Positions 13,210 through 28,862 of a stretch of 64,000 bases of DNA are shown here, piece by piece. The position numbers were made by a program, and so were the translations under genes. The notes beneath the pieces are model-generated. The model was not told the origin of the DNA. It did no database searches and worked only from the letters and a program-made list of their open reading frames with translations. Source of the stretch: Eledone cirrhosa (taxonomy: Eukaryota); contig OZ024757.1 of assembly GCA_964016885.1 (NCBI GenBank), positions 40,548,001 through 40,612,000 on the forward strand, read 5' to 3'. Position 1 is the first letter of the stretch. The number at the start of each line of letters is the position of its first letter.

Positions 13210-13680
13210 TTAATTGATAAAGAGAGGAGTATTGAAAGAGAGTTCCGTGTAGTAGATATAGAGAGGGGGTTTGGAAGAGTGATCCGTGTAACAGATATAG
13301 AGAGGGGACCAGTTTGGTGGTATTTGATATAGAGAGAGGTATTAAAAGAGAGTTCTCTGTAGTAGATAGAGAGAGCGGGAGAGTTTGGTGTTATTTGATA
13401 TATAGAGGGGTATTAGAAGAGAGTACTGTGTAGACGATATAGAGAGGGGGAGAGTTTGGTGCTAATTGATATAGAGAGGGGTATTGGAAGAGAGTTCTGT
13501 GTGATAAACATAGAGAGGAGGAGTGTTTCTTGTTAATTGATATAGAGGGGGGGGTGGAAGAGAGATCGGTGTAGTAGATATAAAGAGCGGTAGAGTTTGG
13601 TGTTGATTGACATAGAGAGTGGGATTTGAGGAGAGTTCCTGTGTAGAATATATAGAGAGGGGAGAGTTTGGTGGGAATGA
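13210..13680. repeat. Degenerate purine-rich minisatellite (~75-bp unit)
   Basis: Recurring TTGATATAGAGAGGGGTATT..AAGAGAGTTC..TGTAG..GATATAGAGAG..GAGAGTTTGGTG. Confidence 0.75.
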
Positions 13681-14312
13681 ATTGTATCGACCCCCGCCAT
13701 CCGACCACCACCACCCTACTACCACCACCCCACCACCACCACCCCACCACCACCACCATCCAACACCACCAACACCACCACCACTACCACCACACCACCA
13801 GCACCACTACCACCATCCAACACCACCATCCAACACCACCACCACCAACACCACCACCACTACCACCACACCACCACCACCACTACCACCATCCAACACC
13901 ACCATCCAACACCACCATCCAACACCACCATCCAACACCACCCACCACCACCACCATCACCATCACCACCACAACCATTTCCACCCCACTACCACAACCA
14001 CCACTACCACCACCGCCATCCAACACCACCACCACCATCCAACACCACCACCACAACCACTACCACCACCACCACCATCCAAAACCACCACCACCATCCA
14101 ACACCACCCACCACCACTACCACCATCATTACTTCTTAATCTACTCGCCCACGTATTTTCCTCTACATATATATCACTATTTTTCTCTGCTATATTCTTA
14201 CCATCTTTCTTTCTTTCTCATCCACACTGCAGTCTTTCTTTCTTTCCTTCTTCTCATGACAACTCTCTATTTGTTGCTCTCTTCCCCCCTCTCACTCGCT
14301 CTATACATACAT

Positions 14313-14372
<60 letters not shown>

Positions 14373-14599
14373 ATATATATATAGAGAGAGAGCGAGAGAG
14401 TTAGAAGGCTATATATATATATATATATACACATACATACATATATGTATATATATATATATATGTATATATGTACATATACATGCAGATATATATACAG
14501 TATATATATATATACACAGCATATATATATCCATACATCTTTCTCAATCTCTCTCACTCATATAATATATACATATCGCTCTCTCTCCTCCTCTCTCTC

Positions 14600-15200
14600 T
14601 CACTCTACACCAATCTCTACCACTCCCCCTCTCTCTCTACACCAATCTCTACCACTCCCCCTCTCTCTCTACACCAATCTCTACCACTCCATCTCTCTCT
14701 CACTCCTCCTCTCTCTCTACACCAATCTCTACCACTCCATCTCCCACCTCTCTCGCTACACTAATCTCTACCACTCCATCTCTCACTCCCCACTCTCTCT
14801 CTACACTAATCTCTACCACTTCATCTCTCTCTCACTCCCCCCTCTCTCTCTACACCAATCTCTACCACTCCATCTCCCTCTCACTCCCCCCTCTCTCTCT
14901 ACACCAATATCTACCACCCCCTCTCTCTACACCAATCTCTACCACTCCCCATCCCTCTCACTCCTCCTTCTCACTCGCCCCTCTCTCTCTACACCAATCT
15001 CTACCACTCCAGCTCTCTCACTCCCCCCTCTCTCTCTACACCAATCTCTACCACTCCATCTCTCTCACTCCCCCCTCTCTCTCTACACCAATCTCTACCA
15101 CTCCATCTCTCTCTCACTCCCCCCTCTCTCTCTACACCAATCTCTACCACTCCATCTCTCTCTCACTCCCCCTCTCTCTCTACAGCAATCTCTACCCCCC
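14600..15200. repeat. Pyrimidine-rich minisatellite
   Basis: More than 12 copies of CTCTCTACACCAATCTCTACCACTCC separated by variable CT linkers. Confidence 0.9.
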
Positions 15201-15324
15201 TCCCTCTCCTCTACCATCGATCACATGTATCTCTATATTTCATGTTTTTCCATTCCTACATTTCAAATTTCTTCCTTCCTTTCAACATCTTTCATCGAAT
15301 CTTGCTTCTATGTCCATTCTCAGA

Positions 15325-15355
<31 letters not shown>

Positions 15356-15443
15356 GATACTACTACTACTACTACTACTACTGATACTACTACTACTAAT
15401 ACTACTACTACGGCTGATACTACTACTATTACTGCTGCTATTG

Positions 15444-15479
<36 letters not shown>

Positions 15480-15719
15480 TTATTACTATTGCTGCTGCTA
15501 TTACTATTACCACCACTACTACTACTACTACAACTGCTACTACTACCAGCCCAACGCCAACACACCACACCCACCAAGCTACCTTTTACACACTTTGTGA
15601 CACCGCACGGCACCTCCACCTAGCCACACTATCATTATAGATAATATTCGCGACACTTGAGACACCATTTGTATTTTCACAAACTATATAAATACAAGAA
15701 GCATAATACCGATCTTTGG

Positions 15720-15789
<70 letters not shown>

Positions 15790-15931
15790 TATCACTTCAC
15801 CCTTTCTGTGTCTATTTATATATATATATCCATATATATATATATAGCCATATATATATATATATATATATATATAGCTATATATATATATATATATATA
15901 TATATAGCTATATATATATATATATATATAG

Positions 15932-15963
<32 letters not shown>

Positions 15964-16067
15964 CAATATATATATATAGATATATATATATATATATATA
16001 TATATAGCTATATATATATATATATATATATATATAGCTATATATATATATATATATATATATATAG

Positions 16068-16211
<144 letters not shown>

Positions 16212-16326
16212 CTAAATACATGTATATAATATGCGTATATATATGTACATAGATATATTCATATTCACGCATGGGAATATATGCGTACACACACATTCAG
16301 ACATATAAACACACATCTCTCTCTCT

Positions 16327-16385
<59 letters not shown>

Positions 16386-16671
16386 GAGAGAGAGAGTGTG
16401 TCAGAGAGAGAGAGAGAAAGAGAAAGCGAGAGTCTACAAACATACACTCCGCCCGCATGTATTCTATCAGTCGCCAGTACTTGAAGATGTTCGCGATTCC
16501 ACTGGAAAGACCAAGAGAATCCCACTCAAATATGTATAATACCAGACCTGTCTGTTGACGAAAAGATATTTCTATAGAAATTGATGAACCGCCATTTTTG
16601 TTAATGTTATTGTCGTATGAATATAAGTAGCTATCTATGTATATATGTAGGTATTTATAATTGTATGTATG

Positions 16672-16709
<38 letters not shown>

Positions 16710-16713
<4 letters not shown>

Positions 16714-16818
16714 TATGTACGTGTACATACTTATATTTAAGTAACAGCCGTACTAAGAGTGGGAAATGAAATTTCGTTTCATTTTTTCCGTTTATATATG
16801 TATATATATATGTATATA

Positions 16819-16864
<46 letters not shown>

Positions 16865-16948
16865 AGTATGTACGTCTACATACTTATATTTAAGTAACAG
16901 CCGTACTAAGAGTGGGAAATGAAATTTCGTTCCATTTTTTTCCGTTTA

Positions 16949-16955
<7 letters not shown>
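16710..16955. repeat. Direct duplication of ~90 bp unique sequence between TA tracts
   Basis: TAAGTATGTACGT.TACATACTTATATTTAAGTAACAGCCGTACTAAGAGTGGGAAATGAAATTTCG occurs at 16710 and 16863. Confidence 0.9.
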
Positions 16956-17041
<86 letters not shown>

Positions 17042-17087
17042 ATTTATGTATATTCATATATAAATACATACCTACTTACGTACTAAT

Positions 17088-17122
<35 letters not shown>

Positions 17123-17448
17123 GGGGGGGGGGGGGGTTGTATGTGTGTGAATGTGATTATATGTGTTTGTAAGTGTATGTGTGTAAGTGTATGTGTGTGC
17201 GTGTGTGTGTAAGTGTCTGTCTATGTCAGTGTGTGTGTTTGTGTCTATCTCTATGTGTTATTACATATCCTTTTTTTACATATATATATTGATATGCATA
17301 TATTATATATGTATACGTATATACATATATATATATATACATATACACATATTTATTCCTATACATGAATATATGTACGTATGTATATTTATATATATAT
17401 ATACGAACGTACATAGATACATGTATACATATATATATATATGTATAC

Positions 17449-17542
<94 letters not shown>

Positions 17543-18036
17543 ATATATATATATATATATCAATATATATATATATATACAGGCAAGACGTCTATTTTCC
17601 TGCACAATTCCAGCACATATGTATAAATCTATTATTCTTCAGTTGAGCATTATTTTGAAAGGAACAGAAGTGAAAAGAGAATCGTTTGCGGAAGGATGTG
17701 TTTGTTGTTGTTGTTGTTGTGGCGGTGGTGGTAGTGGTGGTGGTGTTGTTGGTTGTGGTGGTGGTGGTGGTGTTGTTGTTGTTGGTTGTGGTGGTGGTGG
17801 TGGTGGTGTTGTTGTTGTTGGTTGTGGTGCTGGTGGTGGTGGTGTTGTTGTTGTTGGTTGTGGTGGTGGTGATGCTGTTGTAGTTGTTGGTTGTGGTGGT
17901 GGTTGTGTTGTTGGTTGCGGTGGTGTTGGTGCTGTTGTTGTTGTTGGTCGTGGTGCTGTTGTAGTTGTTGGTGGTGGTATTGGTCGTAATGGTGTTGTTG
18001 TTGTTGATGGTGGTGGTGGGGGTAGCTGTCGTGGTG

Positions 18037-18069
<33 letters not shown>

Positions 18070-18532
18070 TTGGTCGTAGTCGTGTTGTTGTTGTTGGTGG
18101 TGGGTGTGGTGGTTGTCGTAGTGGTGATATTTGTGCTGTTGTTGTTGGTGGTAGTGGTGGTCATAGTGGTGGTGGTCGTCGTAATGGTGATGGTGGTGTT
18201 GTTGTTGTTGTTAGGGTTATTATATTAGTGCTGTAATTGGTTGTGTTGCTTTGTGTTGGTGTTGGTGATTGTGGCTTGGTATGAAGGGGTGGTATTGGGG
18301 TTGTGTTTGTTGGTGGAGTGTTGGTTGAAGGGGTGGTATTGGTGTTGGCTGTGGTGGCAGAGTTGATCATAGTCGTAGTGCTGGCGATGTTGTGTGGTCG
18401 TTGTGTTGGAGGTGTTGCTGGGCTTAATGGCGGGGGTGGAAAAACAAAGGCAGATAACAATAGTAGAAATATACAGAGACCGTCCATATTGATAGGGACA
18501 GATGAATGATTATATATTTCTGTGTGTGTATG

Positions 18533-18642
<110 letters not shown>

Positions 18643-18749
18643 AGACGTGAGAGAGAATGAGCGAAATAAGAGATATATATATGTATTATATATACATATA
18701 TATATATAATATATATATATAATATATATAATATATATATATAATATAT

Positions 18750-18804
<55 letters not shown>

Positions 18805-18986
18805 TATATATATATAATATATATATATAATATATATATATATATAATATATATACATATAATATATATATATATATATATAATATATATATATATATAT
18901 AATATATATATATATATATAATATATATATATATATAATATATATAATATATATATATATATAATATATATAATATATATATATAT

Positions 18987-19032
<46 letters not shown>

Positions 19033-19778
19033 TAGAGAGAGAGAAAAGAAAGAGAGAGAGAGAGAGAAAAATAAAGAGAGAGAAGAGAGAGAGAGTGAGG
19101 TGAGACAGACAGAAAGAGACAATGACAGAAAGAAGATGGCGAATAAGAGATATTCTTGTATTTTTATGTTTGTTTGTTGTAGAGTATCGCTTATTAGTGA
19201 TCTGTTTATAAAATATACGCTTTGGGCTTGGAACAATTGAGTGGAAAGATAGACTTGTAGGAGGATGTGAAGGAGAGGGGAATAGAGAGATATGGTAGGT
19301 GGAGGTGGGGTGTTAGTGGTGGTGGTAGTTGGGTGTTGTGATGGTGTGTTGGTGGAGGTGGTAGTGGTGGTGTGGTGGTTGTGGTAGTGGTGTGGTGGGT
19401 GTTGTGATGGTGTGTTGGTGGTGGTGTGGTGGTGCTGGTAGTGGTCGTTGTGGTGGTGCTGGTGGCGTGGGGGTGTTGTGCAGGTGTGGTCGGATATGGT
19501 AGGTGGTGAGGTGTTGTAGAGGTGTGGTGGCGGCTGTGTTGTGTGTATTGTTTGGGGTGGTGTGAATGTCATGTGGGGGTGTTAACGTGAAGATTATTAA
19601 AGATAGAGGGGTGATTATTATATTGATGATGCTGATGCTAATTATCATGTAGATACTCAAATATATAATGACATACACACACACATACAGATATATATAT
19701 ACACACACAAGTATATATATATATATATATATGTACACACAGACATATATACCCATATATTACCACATACATACACAC

Positions 19779-19809
<31 letters not shown>

Positions 19810-20290
19810 AGTATATATATATATATATATGTACACACAGACATATATACCCATATATTACCACATACATAATATATACATACATACACACATACATATA
19901 TATATATACACATACATGTCTTGTGAGGGGGAGGATAGGAAAAATGTTATGAAAGACCGGAGACGAAAGATTCAGACGAAGGTGATGGTGATAATGATGA
20001 TTACCATGTATACACACAAATATATATACCCACACATACACGCGTGCGTACATACATGTCCCGGGGTTAGGAAGATTGTTATGAAAAATAGAGATGGAAG
20101 ATGTTGATAGCGATAACTTTGATGATGATGATGATGGTTGTGATGATGATGGTTGTGATGATGACGATGATGATGGTGATGATGATGATGATGATGATGG
20201 TGGTGTACATACACAAACACATACCAACACATAAGTATATATATATATATGTATATATATACGTACATATATGTGTATATACGTACTTAC

Positions 20291-20497
20291 AACAAGGCTA
20301 TTTTTGACAAAGTAGCGCCTTACTATAACACAGCCTTAGCCATATCGGCTTCTCCGATAAAATCTCTTACACAACTTCTAATCACACAACCGGAAAAATA
20401 GAAATGTACAATTAGTTGGTCCTGCCCAAATTTCTCACTTACAATTAAAACTAATCTAGGTAAGAAGTTCTTGGCAATCCTAGAAAAATATTTCCCT
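20291..20497 (+). pseudogene. Penelope-like element ORF remnant (RT C-terminal/thumb-linker region)
   Basis: Manual translation with frameshifts: NKAIFDKVAPYYNTALA / GFSDKISY / KCTISWSCPNFSLTIKTNLGKKFLAILEKYFP. This resembles the PLE pattern F..A.P.YN.AL..SG.....Y...R.IIWFNPP.S..V.TNIGK.FL.L.DKHFP (from recall). Confidence 0.7.
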
Positions 20498-20936
20498 ATA
20501 GGAAAGATCTGTCTTTAATAGACATAGGGTCAATATCGGATATTCCAGTGCTAAAAATATGGAAGGCCAAATCATCATCAACCCCAAGACCTCTTCCCCA
20601 TCCTGATGCTCTTGCAGAAGGCCAGAATCGAGCTACCTTCAAGAACAGGGTAACACACCAGAAGTTGTCCATGAGGTTGAATTTACATCCAATAGACAAA
20701 ATGAGGGCTCTACTAAACACGGAAATACTTAGTACACTGGTAGGTTATAGTCTAGCTGATTTTTACCGCACCCTCTCTAATATATATACATATACATATG
20801 TATAAAAAGAAACAGGGTATGTTTACAGGGTATGTTTACAGGTAAACATTTAGAAAGCTGTAGCTATGCAAAAAAAAAAACACCGGGAATAACGCCCTCT
20901 GGTGGTGTGCAGCAGAAGCAAGAGAAGAGGAACAAC

Positions 20937-20976
20937 CGTCGATGCATTTCAGACTTAACTGGTCCTCGTCAGTACG
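20937..20976 (-). ncRNA. Minimal type I hammerhead motif (separate family)
   Basis: Minus strand CGTA-CTGACGA-GGAC CAGTTAA GTCT-GAAA-TGC-ATC-GACG: palindromic stem III ATGCAT, AUC triplet. The first stem I pair is mismatched and stem II is closed by G-U. Confidence 0.55.
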
Positions 20977-21119
20977 AGCTCTTCCACACTTGCGACAGCT
21001 GGACTTGAAAACAGTCGAGAATATCTAGTCTTCTCGTCTGTGTAGATGAGATGATTAATCGCATTTGCTCAACTTATAATAGAATAGCATTTATATATAT
21101 ATATATATATATAATTTTC

Positions 21120-21157
<38 letters not shown>

Positions 21158-21178
21158 ATTTATACATATATCATTTTC

Positions 21179-21214
<36 letters not shown>

Positions 21215-21235
21215 ATTTATACATATATCATTTTC

Positions 21236-21286
<51 letters not shown>

Positions 21287-21411
21287 TAAATCTACCAAAA
21301 TATACGCAAATTCGTGAAGCGTTCTATATTTTTAAATGATGAATCTTTTTAATATAAGGAACTTGTTCTGTTTTTATTCATTGTTTTTATTAATTTATAT
21401 ATATAATTTTC

Positions 21412-21448
<37 letters not shown>

Positions 21449-21451
<3 letters not shown>

Positions 21452-21554
21452 CGAAGGAAATGTGGTAAGGAACCAGGTGGACCATAACGCACCAAAGTAC
21501 TCAATACTTAGGGTAGTAGAGTAGGTAATAGGAACGAGTAGGGTCCTACTCGTT

Positions 21555-21559
<5 letters not shown>
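21449..21559. mobile_element. Second family C copy with a different terminal hairpin
   Basis: Shares its 5' part with 7673-7730; ends ATAGGAACGAGTAGG-GT-CCTACTCGTTCCTAT (21528-21559). Confidence 0.7.
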
Positions 21560-21596
<37 letters not shown>

Positions 21597-22007
21597 CTAT
21601 ATATATACATATATATATAATTTTTAACTATATATATTTAACTATATATATATAGTTGAAAATGAACGAAGAGTTATATTAGGTTCACATATAAGGGTAT
21701 GCAGACATATAGACCGACAGATCTGTATTTAGAACATTAGGTAATATTTATATGCATTTGGTTACACTAGTACGAAGGTGTGTGTGCCAATGTGTTTACT
21801 TGTATATGCTTGTATGTGTGTATTAATGAATATAAGTGTGTGTAAGCGCTTCTATGTATGTGTAAATATTGGGGAATAAAATAGAAGGTTACCTCTGAAA
21901 AGGTGAGATATAGAGAATAGAGTTATAACAAAGAAATATGTGATTGTAATAAATGATTCTAAATATTGAGAGGTGTAGGATGAATATATAGATATATAAA
22001 TACCCCA

Positions 22008-22047
<40 letters not shown>

Positions 22048-22051
22048 AGTG

Positions 22052-22082
<31 letters not shown>

Positions 22083-22183
22083 GTGAGTGTGTGTGTGTAT
22101 GTAAATATTTATATATATATATATATATGTATATATATACATATAATTATTTATATATATATATATATATGTATATATGTGAT

Positions 22184-22214
<31 letters not shown>

Positions 22215-22325
22215 GTATGTAGATAGGTAGATAGGTCGATAGATAGATATAGGTCGATAGATAGATATTGACTGAAGATAGAAGTATAGATATCTAAAGC
22301 ATATATATATGTATATATATATATA

Positions 22326-22402
<77 letters not shown>

Positions 22403-22806
22403 GTATGTAGACATAGAGATAGACAATGAGGGAGAGGGTAAGAGAAAGAGAGAGAGATGGAGAGTTAAATGAATATATATTTATGTAAATAGGTAGACAG
22501 ATATGAAGATAGGGTGGGTGGGTATGTTGTTATGTAAATAGTTACTTAGATATATATCGACGTATAGACGTGTGTATAGGTGCGAGAAATATTTCATTGT
22601 GTACAATGAAACATGAATATACATACATGTTTACATTTATAGATATGTGTATATGTGTGTATGTGTGTATACATGAGAGAAATATATGTCGAGACAGAAT
22701 ATTTTAAATGGAAACAATTTAAAAAAATATACAGGATAGATGTTTGGTATGAATGTGATTAGAAAATGTGATAAAAAAAAGTCTATACAACTTAATGTAT
22801 TAATGA

Positions 22807-22861
<55 letters not shown>

Positions 22862-22888
22862 CATATATATATAGGTATATATATGTCT

Positions 22889-22945
<57 letters not shown>

Positions 22946-23323
22946 TGTTTCTCTCTCTCTATATATATATTTATATATACAAATTTATGTTCATTTATAC
23001 ATATATATATACATATATATCCTGTGTATGTACGAACGTATGTGTCTATATGTATATATGTGGCTATAACTATATTAACATATATGTATGTACAAATGTG
23101 TGTATGTAGTTGTTTTGCAAGTGAGACAGCAAGTCTAACTATTTAGCATTCTTCAGAGAATTTTGAAAATAACCAGAGCTACACTTCATGTCTTCAGAAT
23201 TAGCTTTGAGCTATGAAACGTTCGACTTATTTTGATTTCTTTCAAATTTTGCTTTAGTTTTAGAATTTTATATTCTTTTAAAAATTATAATTTTATCTGA
23301 TCCCAATTTTCTGGTTTATTTTA

Positions 23324-23402
<79 letters not shown>

Positions 23403-23444
23403 TTGCTTGATATTTATATATATATACGTATATATGTTTGTATC

Positions 23445-23492
<48 letters not shown>

Positions 23493-23685
23493 TATATAGA
23501 CACATATATATATATATTATGAAATGCTGTTGGCTTCACGCTCACAATAATTTTTATACTTCCATTTATATATATATATATATATGGTTGTATATATGCA
23601 GGTATATATATCTCTCCATAAAACTGAATATGTAATATACATTTACCTTTTTGCACAACAAGTTATATACATACACACAAAGACA

Positions 23686-23756
<71 letters not shown>

Positions 23757-23829
23757 CATATTATTTGTTAAAATAATCAAATTAAATGAATTCAACAGTT
23801 AAACACACATAGGAATAAGGTGCTACCAA

Positions 23830-24280
23830 ATACGTCGGCCCTAAATATGGCTAATAGCTCTAGGAAAGCCATGAAAGTCACCACATCCTTTTTAACTTTG
23901 AAAGTAGGTTTATAATTATTAATTTTCATCATGCTTTAGTAGATGTCTCTGTGGCCTAGTTGGAGGAATCATAGAGGGTGGTTATCCGGGTCTGAAGTTC
24001 GATCCTGGTCGAGAGTAGGGTTCCCGGGAAATCTTTTCAGTTTTTTTTCTATTGGTTGTAAAATAAAAACTCAAAATTATTATATGTACCTCTCTACCAT
24101 GATTGAACCCAAGACCAGGATCTCCACTGTCTCTAGTACTTACCACTAGACTACTGAGACAACCACGAAAATCTTATGAAAATTCATACTTATAAACCTA
24201 CTTTCAAAAGTTTCACTACAAAGTGCTGTGGCGTCGTTCATGTCTTTCTTAATGTTATTGCTCCTACTTAAGGTCGACTT
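23830..24280. repeat. Diverged ~190-bp inverted repeat, each arm containing a tRNA-like A/B-box segment
   Basis: TTTGAAAGTAGGTTTATAA (23896) vs TTATAAACCTACTTTCAAA (24190). Plus arm has TGGCCTAGTTGG...GTTCGATCC; minus arm has TAGTCTAGTGG...GGTTCAATC. Confidence 0.65.
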
Positions 24281-24570
24281 CTAAATCATTTGGGTGTTCC
24301 ATAAACTACATCCTCCTTTTGTTTCTCATCTATCTAGACTATATTTTAACCTGAAATCAATGTTACATTTCTGTTGTACCTCATTTTTAACCCCCCCCCC
24401 CCATCTCTCTGTGATATCTGAATCTAGTATGATTCGTACATTATCCATATATAATATGTTTTTGCATGTAAGATTCAAAGTTACAATGATTGGCATTGTA
24501 TATATATATAACTTTCAGAACCTTGATTGGTTTCTGGCCAGTCTTGGACCAGGATATCTCTCTCTCTTTC

Positions 24571-24632
<62 letters not shown>

Positions 24633-25110
24633 AAGCACAATATTGTTTAATTGGAGTCGAGCAAATGTATTCCTTACTTTCGGTGTCTGCGTAACTGCAC
24701 TTGGTTAAGTACATACTTCACCATGACCTTGCAATACTTTGCTGTCAAGTCTTTTAAACCACAGAGAACAGTTTCTTTCATGTTCGGCCATTTTCATTTT
24801 GTTTTTATTGTTTCCATGCGATACACCGGGGTCATGCTAGGGCCTCGCCTTCAGGGCTGATAGAAAACTAGTTATATTGACAAGCAGTATGTTGCTTACT
24901 GCATCTTTCCTACGTCAGATATGTAATGTAATGTAACGTAGACTGTGATATAATGACAGATATCTCAGAAACAGACGTGTGCCAGTGGCCAATTTTCTTC
25001 CGATGTTTTAGATTAGATACACACAGTCACAAGCACAAACATAGACATACAGACAGATAGACTCACAGATAGACAGAATACACACACACACATACATGTA
25101 TTTATATATA

Positions 25111-25164
<54 letters not shown>

Positions 25165-25165
<1 letters not shown>

Positions 25166-25710
25166 GTAATAATAATAAATTTGAAGACTAAAATCCCAAG
25201 AGGGCTCGATAAAGATAAATATGTATCAAATATATACGAACCGTAGAGCAAATATTTATTAAAATAACAGATTAAAGTTTAAGCAAAGAATCGCTGCTTT
25301 CACCCTTAACGGGATCTTCTGAAACTTAACGAAGTCAATCTGTGAACGCAGAAGTGAATATTTCAAAAAACGTTGCAACCAGAGGAAGACAAGAAGACGA
25401 TACTTTGGTTCGTGGAAGAACGAGAAAAAACGAATATAATACGTCATTATTTGAGTTTGCCTTTCATCCTTACGGGGTAGATAAAATAAAGTACCAATAA
25501 TGTACTGGGTAATTGCTGGCCTTTGGCCTAAAGTAGAAACAATTATTTGCAGAGGTGAAAAATAATTACACGCAAAGTGTAATTGTTTTTCACCGCTCCA
25601 AATAATGACGTAATATATTCGCTTTTTCCTGTTCTTTGCCAGGGAACGTTCCCACGAACCAAAGTATCGTCTTTCTGTCTTCCTCCGGTTGCAACGTTTT
25701 TGAAATATTC
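25165..25710. mobile_element. Family D element with a fold-back interrupted by a SINE fragment
   Basis: Hairpin centre GGTGAAAAATAATTACAC-GCAAA-GTGTAATTGTTTTTCACC (25554-25594); arms continue as 25356-25453 vs 25599-25710; SINE family 2 3' half occupies 25454-25549. Confidence 0.8.
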
Positions 25711-25788
25711 CCTGTCCTTGCTTTCTTCGTATTCCCACTGCATTTTAAGTTACCTTAAATAGCAACTACACAGCCATTTGTATTATTT

Positions 25789-25832
<44 letters not shown>

Positions 25833-25879
25833 TGTCTGTCTGTCTGTGTGTGTGAGTGTGAGTGTGTGTGTGTGTGGCA

Positions 25880-26120
25880 TCTTTAATCTCTCTCTCTCTA
25901 AGAGATATCACCATGAATGGCCATGTTATTTTTATCTAAAGACATTTTTTCCAATTCCAACCTGCCCGTCCACTCAATCTATCTTATTTCTCATTCTTTC
26001 TTCTGGTGAAGGGCTAGCGTCCGAAACGTTAAGACCCTCTTCCTGCTATATCAAGCGTTAACCTAATATATCCCTACCTTATACTCTACCGATTGTGTTG
26101 TTATTTCTGTTTACCTTTTA
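25880..26120 (+). mobile_element. Family A element (hammerhead-sense orientation), core mutated
   Basis: TCTT-CTGGTGA-A-GGGCTAGCGTCC-GAAACGTT-AAGA at 25999-26034 (CTGA changed to CTGG); flanks match 1-125 and 46905-47115 in reverse complement. Confidence 0.8.
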
Positions 26121-26439
26121 CATACATATATATATATATATATATATTGGAATATCTAATAACAAACAAAAAAAAAACCATCATGGATGTAAAATGTATT
26201 TTATTTGCATATTCAACCGATAAATACATTATATAGCAGCCTTCCCCTCCTGAGAGAGAGACATTCCATAACAGCCCACCCCTACCGAGAGAGGCATCAC
26301 GTATTATTCAACCTACGAAACTTATGTAAAAAACTGTATGTAAAAAATTGAAATGCTAATGTGTTTTTTTTTTTATATTCTCTTTTACAAATGTCGAATA
26401 ATTTAAATACATTACATAGACATACAGACAATTATACAT

Positions 26440-27650
<1,211 letters not shown>

Positions 27651-28136
27651 TACTCACTCTCTGCTTCTCCCCTTCTCACTTCCTCCCGTTTGGCCTGTGT
27701 GGGGTCCTGCATCGCTCACACCTCACTCACGCGGACGGTCTGTTGTCTCTCTCGCCGAAGAAATTTACCCAGCTTAAGCTGAACGAATATCATGTGCTTG
27801 TTTCTTCCTATCTTTGCTTCTATGTTTGTTTACTTGTCTCGCTCGCTTTATGCGATTTACTTGTCCCAATAGCCTTATTTAGCTGTTGCTCGCACCAACT
27901 GGAGGTATAGGATTTTTAAAGCGATGTAATACGAATGACGGTTGGAAAATCACTGATGATGGATATATATATACACGTATGCATATGTATATACGTATAT
28001 ATATATATACATATGTATATACGTATACATATAAATGCGTTTACATATGTATATACGTATACCTATATATATATATATATACGTATACATATGTATATAC
28101 GTATATATATATATATACGTATATACATATGTATAC

Positions 28137-28174
<38 letters not shown>

Positions 28175-28667
28175 CTGCAAGATATATATATATATATATA
28201 TATATAGCTGCAAGATCAACAGGAAGAAGATAACAGGAAGAAGAAGAATAAAAGACTACAACAATAACAACAAGAACATCAGTGCAATGTACTATATTAT
28301 GATATCAACCTCTTAAGGGTGGACATATTAAAATGTCCACCCTTGTTTTTCGAAATATTTAAAGGTGAATTTAGATTATTTACGGCGATGATGGTGGAGT
28401 TGGTGGTGCTGCTTCTGGTGCTGGTGTTCTTGGTGGTGGTGGTGGTGGTGGTGTGGTGTTTGTATTGCTAGTGATGGTGGTGGTGGTGTTTGTGATGCTA
28501 GTTGTGGTGGTAGTGTTGATGTGTTGCTAGTGGTAGCAGTGGTGGTGTTTGTGTTGGTACTGCTGCTGGTGTTGGTGGTGTTTTTTTTACTAGTGGTGGG
28601 GGTGTTGGTGTTGATGTGTTTCTAGTGGTGGTGTTGGTGGTGGTGGTGTTGGTGGTGGTAGTGTGGT

Positions 28668-28862
28668 GTTCTGATGCTTGTGGTGGCGGTAGTGCTGGTG
28701 GTAGTGCTGGTGTTCTGATGCTTGTGGTGGCGGTAGTGCTGCTGGTAGTGGTAGTGTTCTGATGCTTGTGGTGGCGGTAGTGCTGCTGGTAGTGGTAGTG
28801 TTCTGATGCTTGTGGTGGCGGTAGTGCTGGTGGTAGTGGTAGTGTTCTGATGTTTGTGGTGG
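28668..28862. repeat. 44-bp minisatellite, ~4.5 copies
   Basis: GTTCTGATG starts at 28668, 28712, 28756, 28800 and 28844. Confidence 0.9.

Noticed and set aside
12476-14404. Asn/Thr- and His/Pro-rich ORFs
   Set aside because: They are (AAC/CAC)n microsatellites; no domain is recognisable.
17592-18236. Gly/Val/Cys-rich ORF resembling a structural (cuticle or beak-like) protein
   Set aside because: It is a degenerate (GGT/GTT)n trinucleotide tract open in several frames on both strands, with no signal peptide or splice evidence.
23190-23230. AGCTTTGAGCTATGAAACGTTCG as a hammerhead 3' half
   Set aside because: No CTGANGA upstream; too degenerate to call. The same applies to CTGATGA stubs at ~27953 and ~49330.
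28316-28344. Hairpin AAGGGTGGACAT-ATTAAA-ATGTCCACCCTT followed by T-rich sequence, like a bacterial terminator
   Set aside because: Eukaryotic context with no upstream gene; at most a tiny inverted-repeat remnant.
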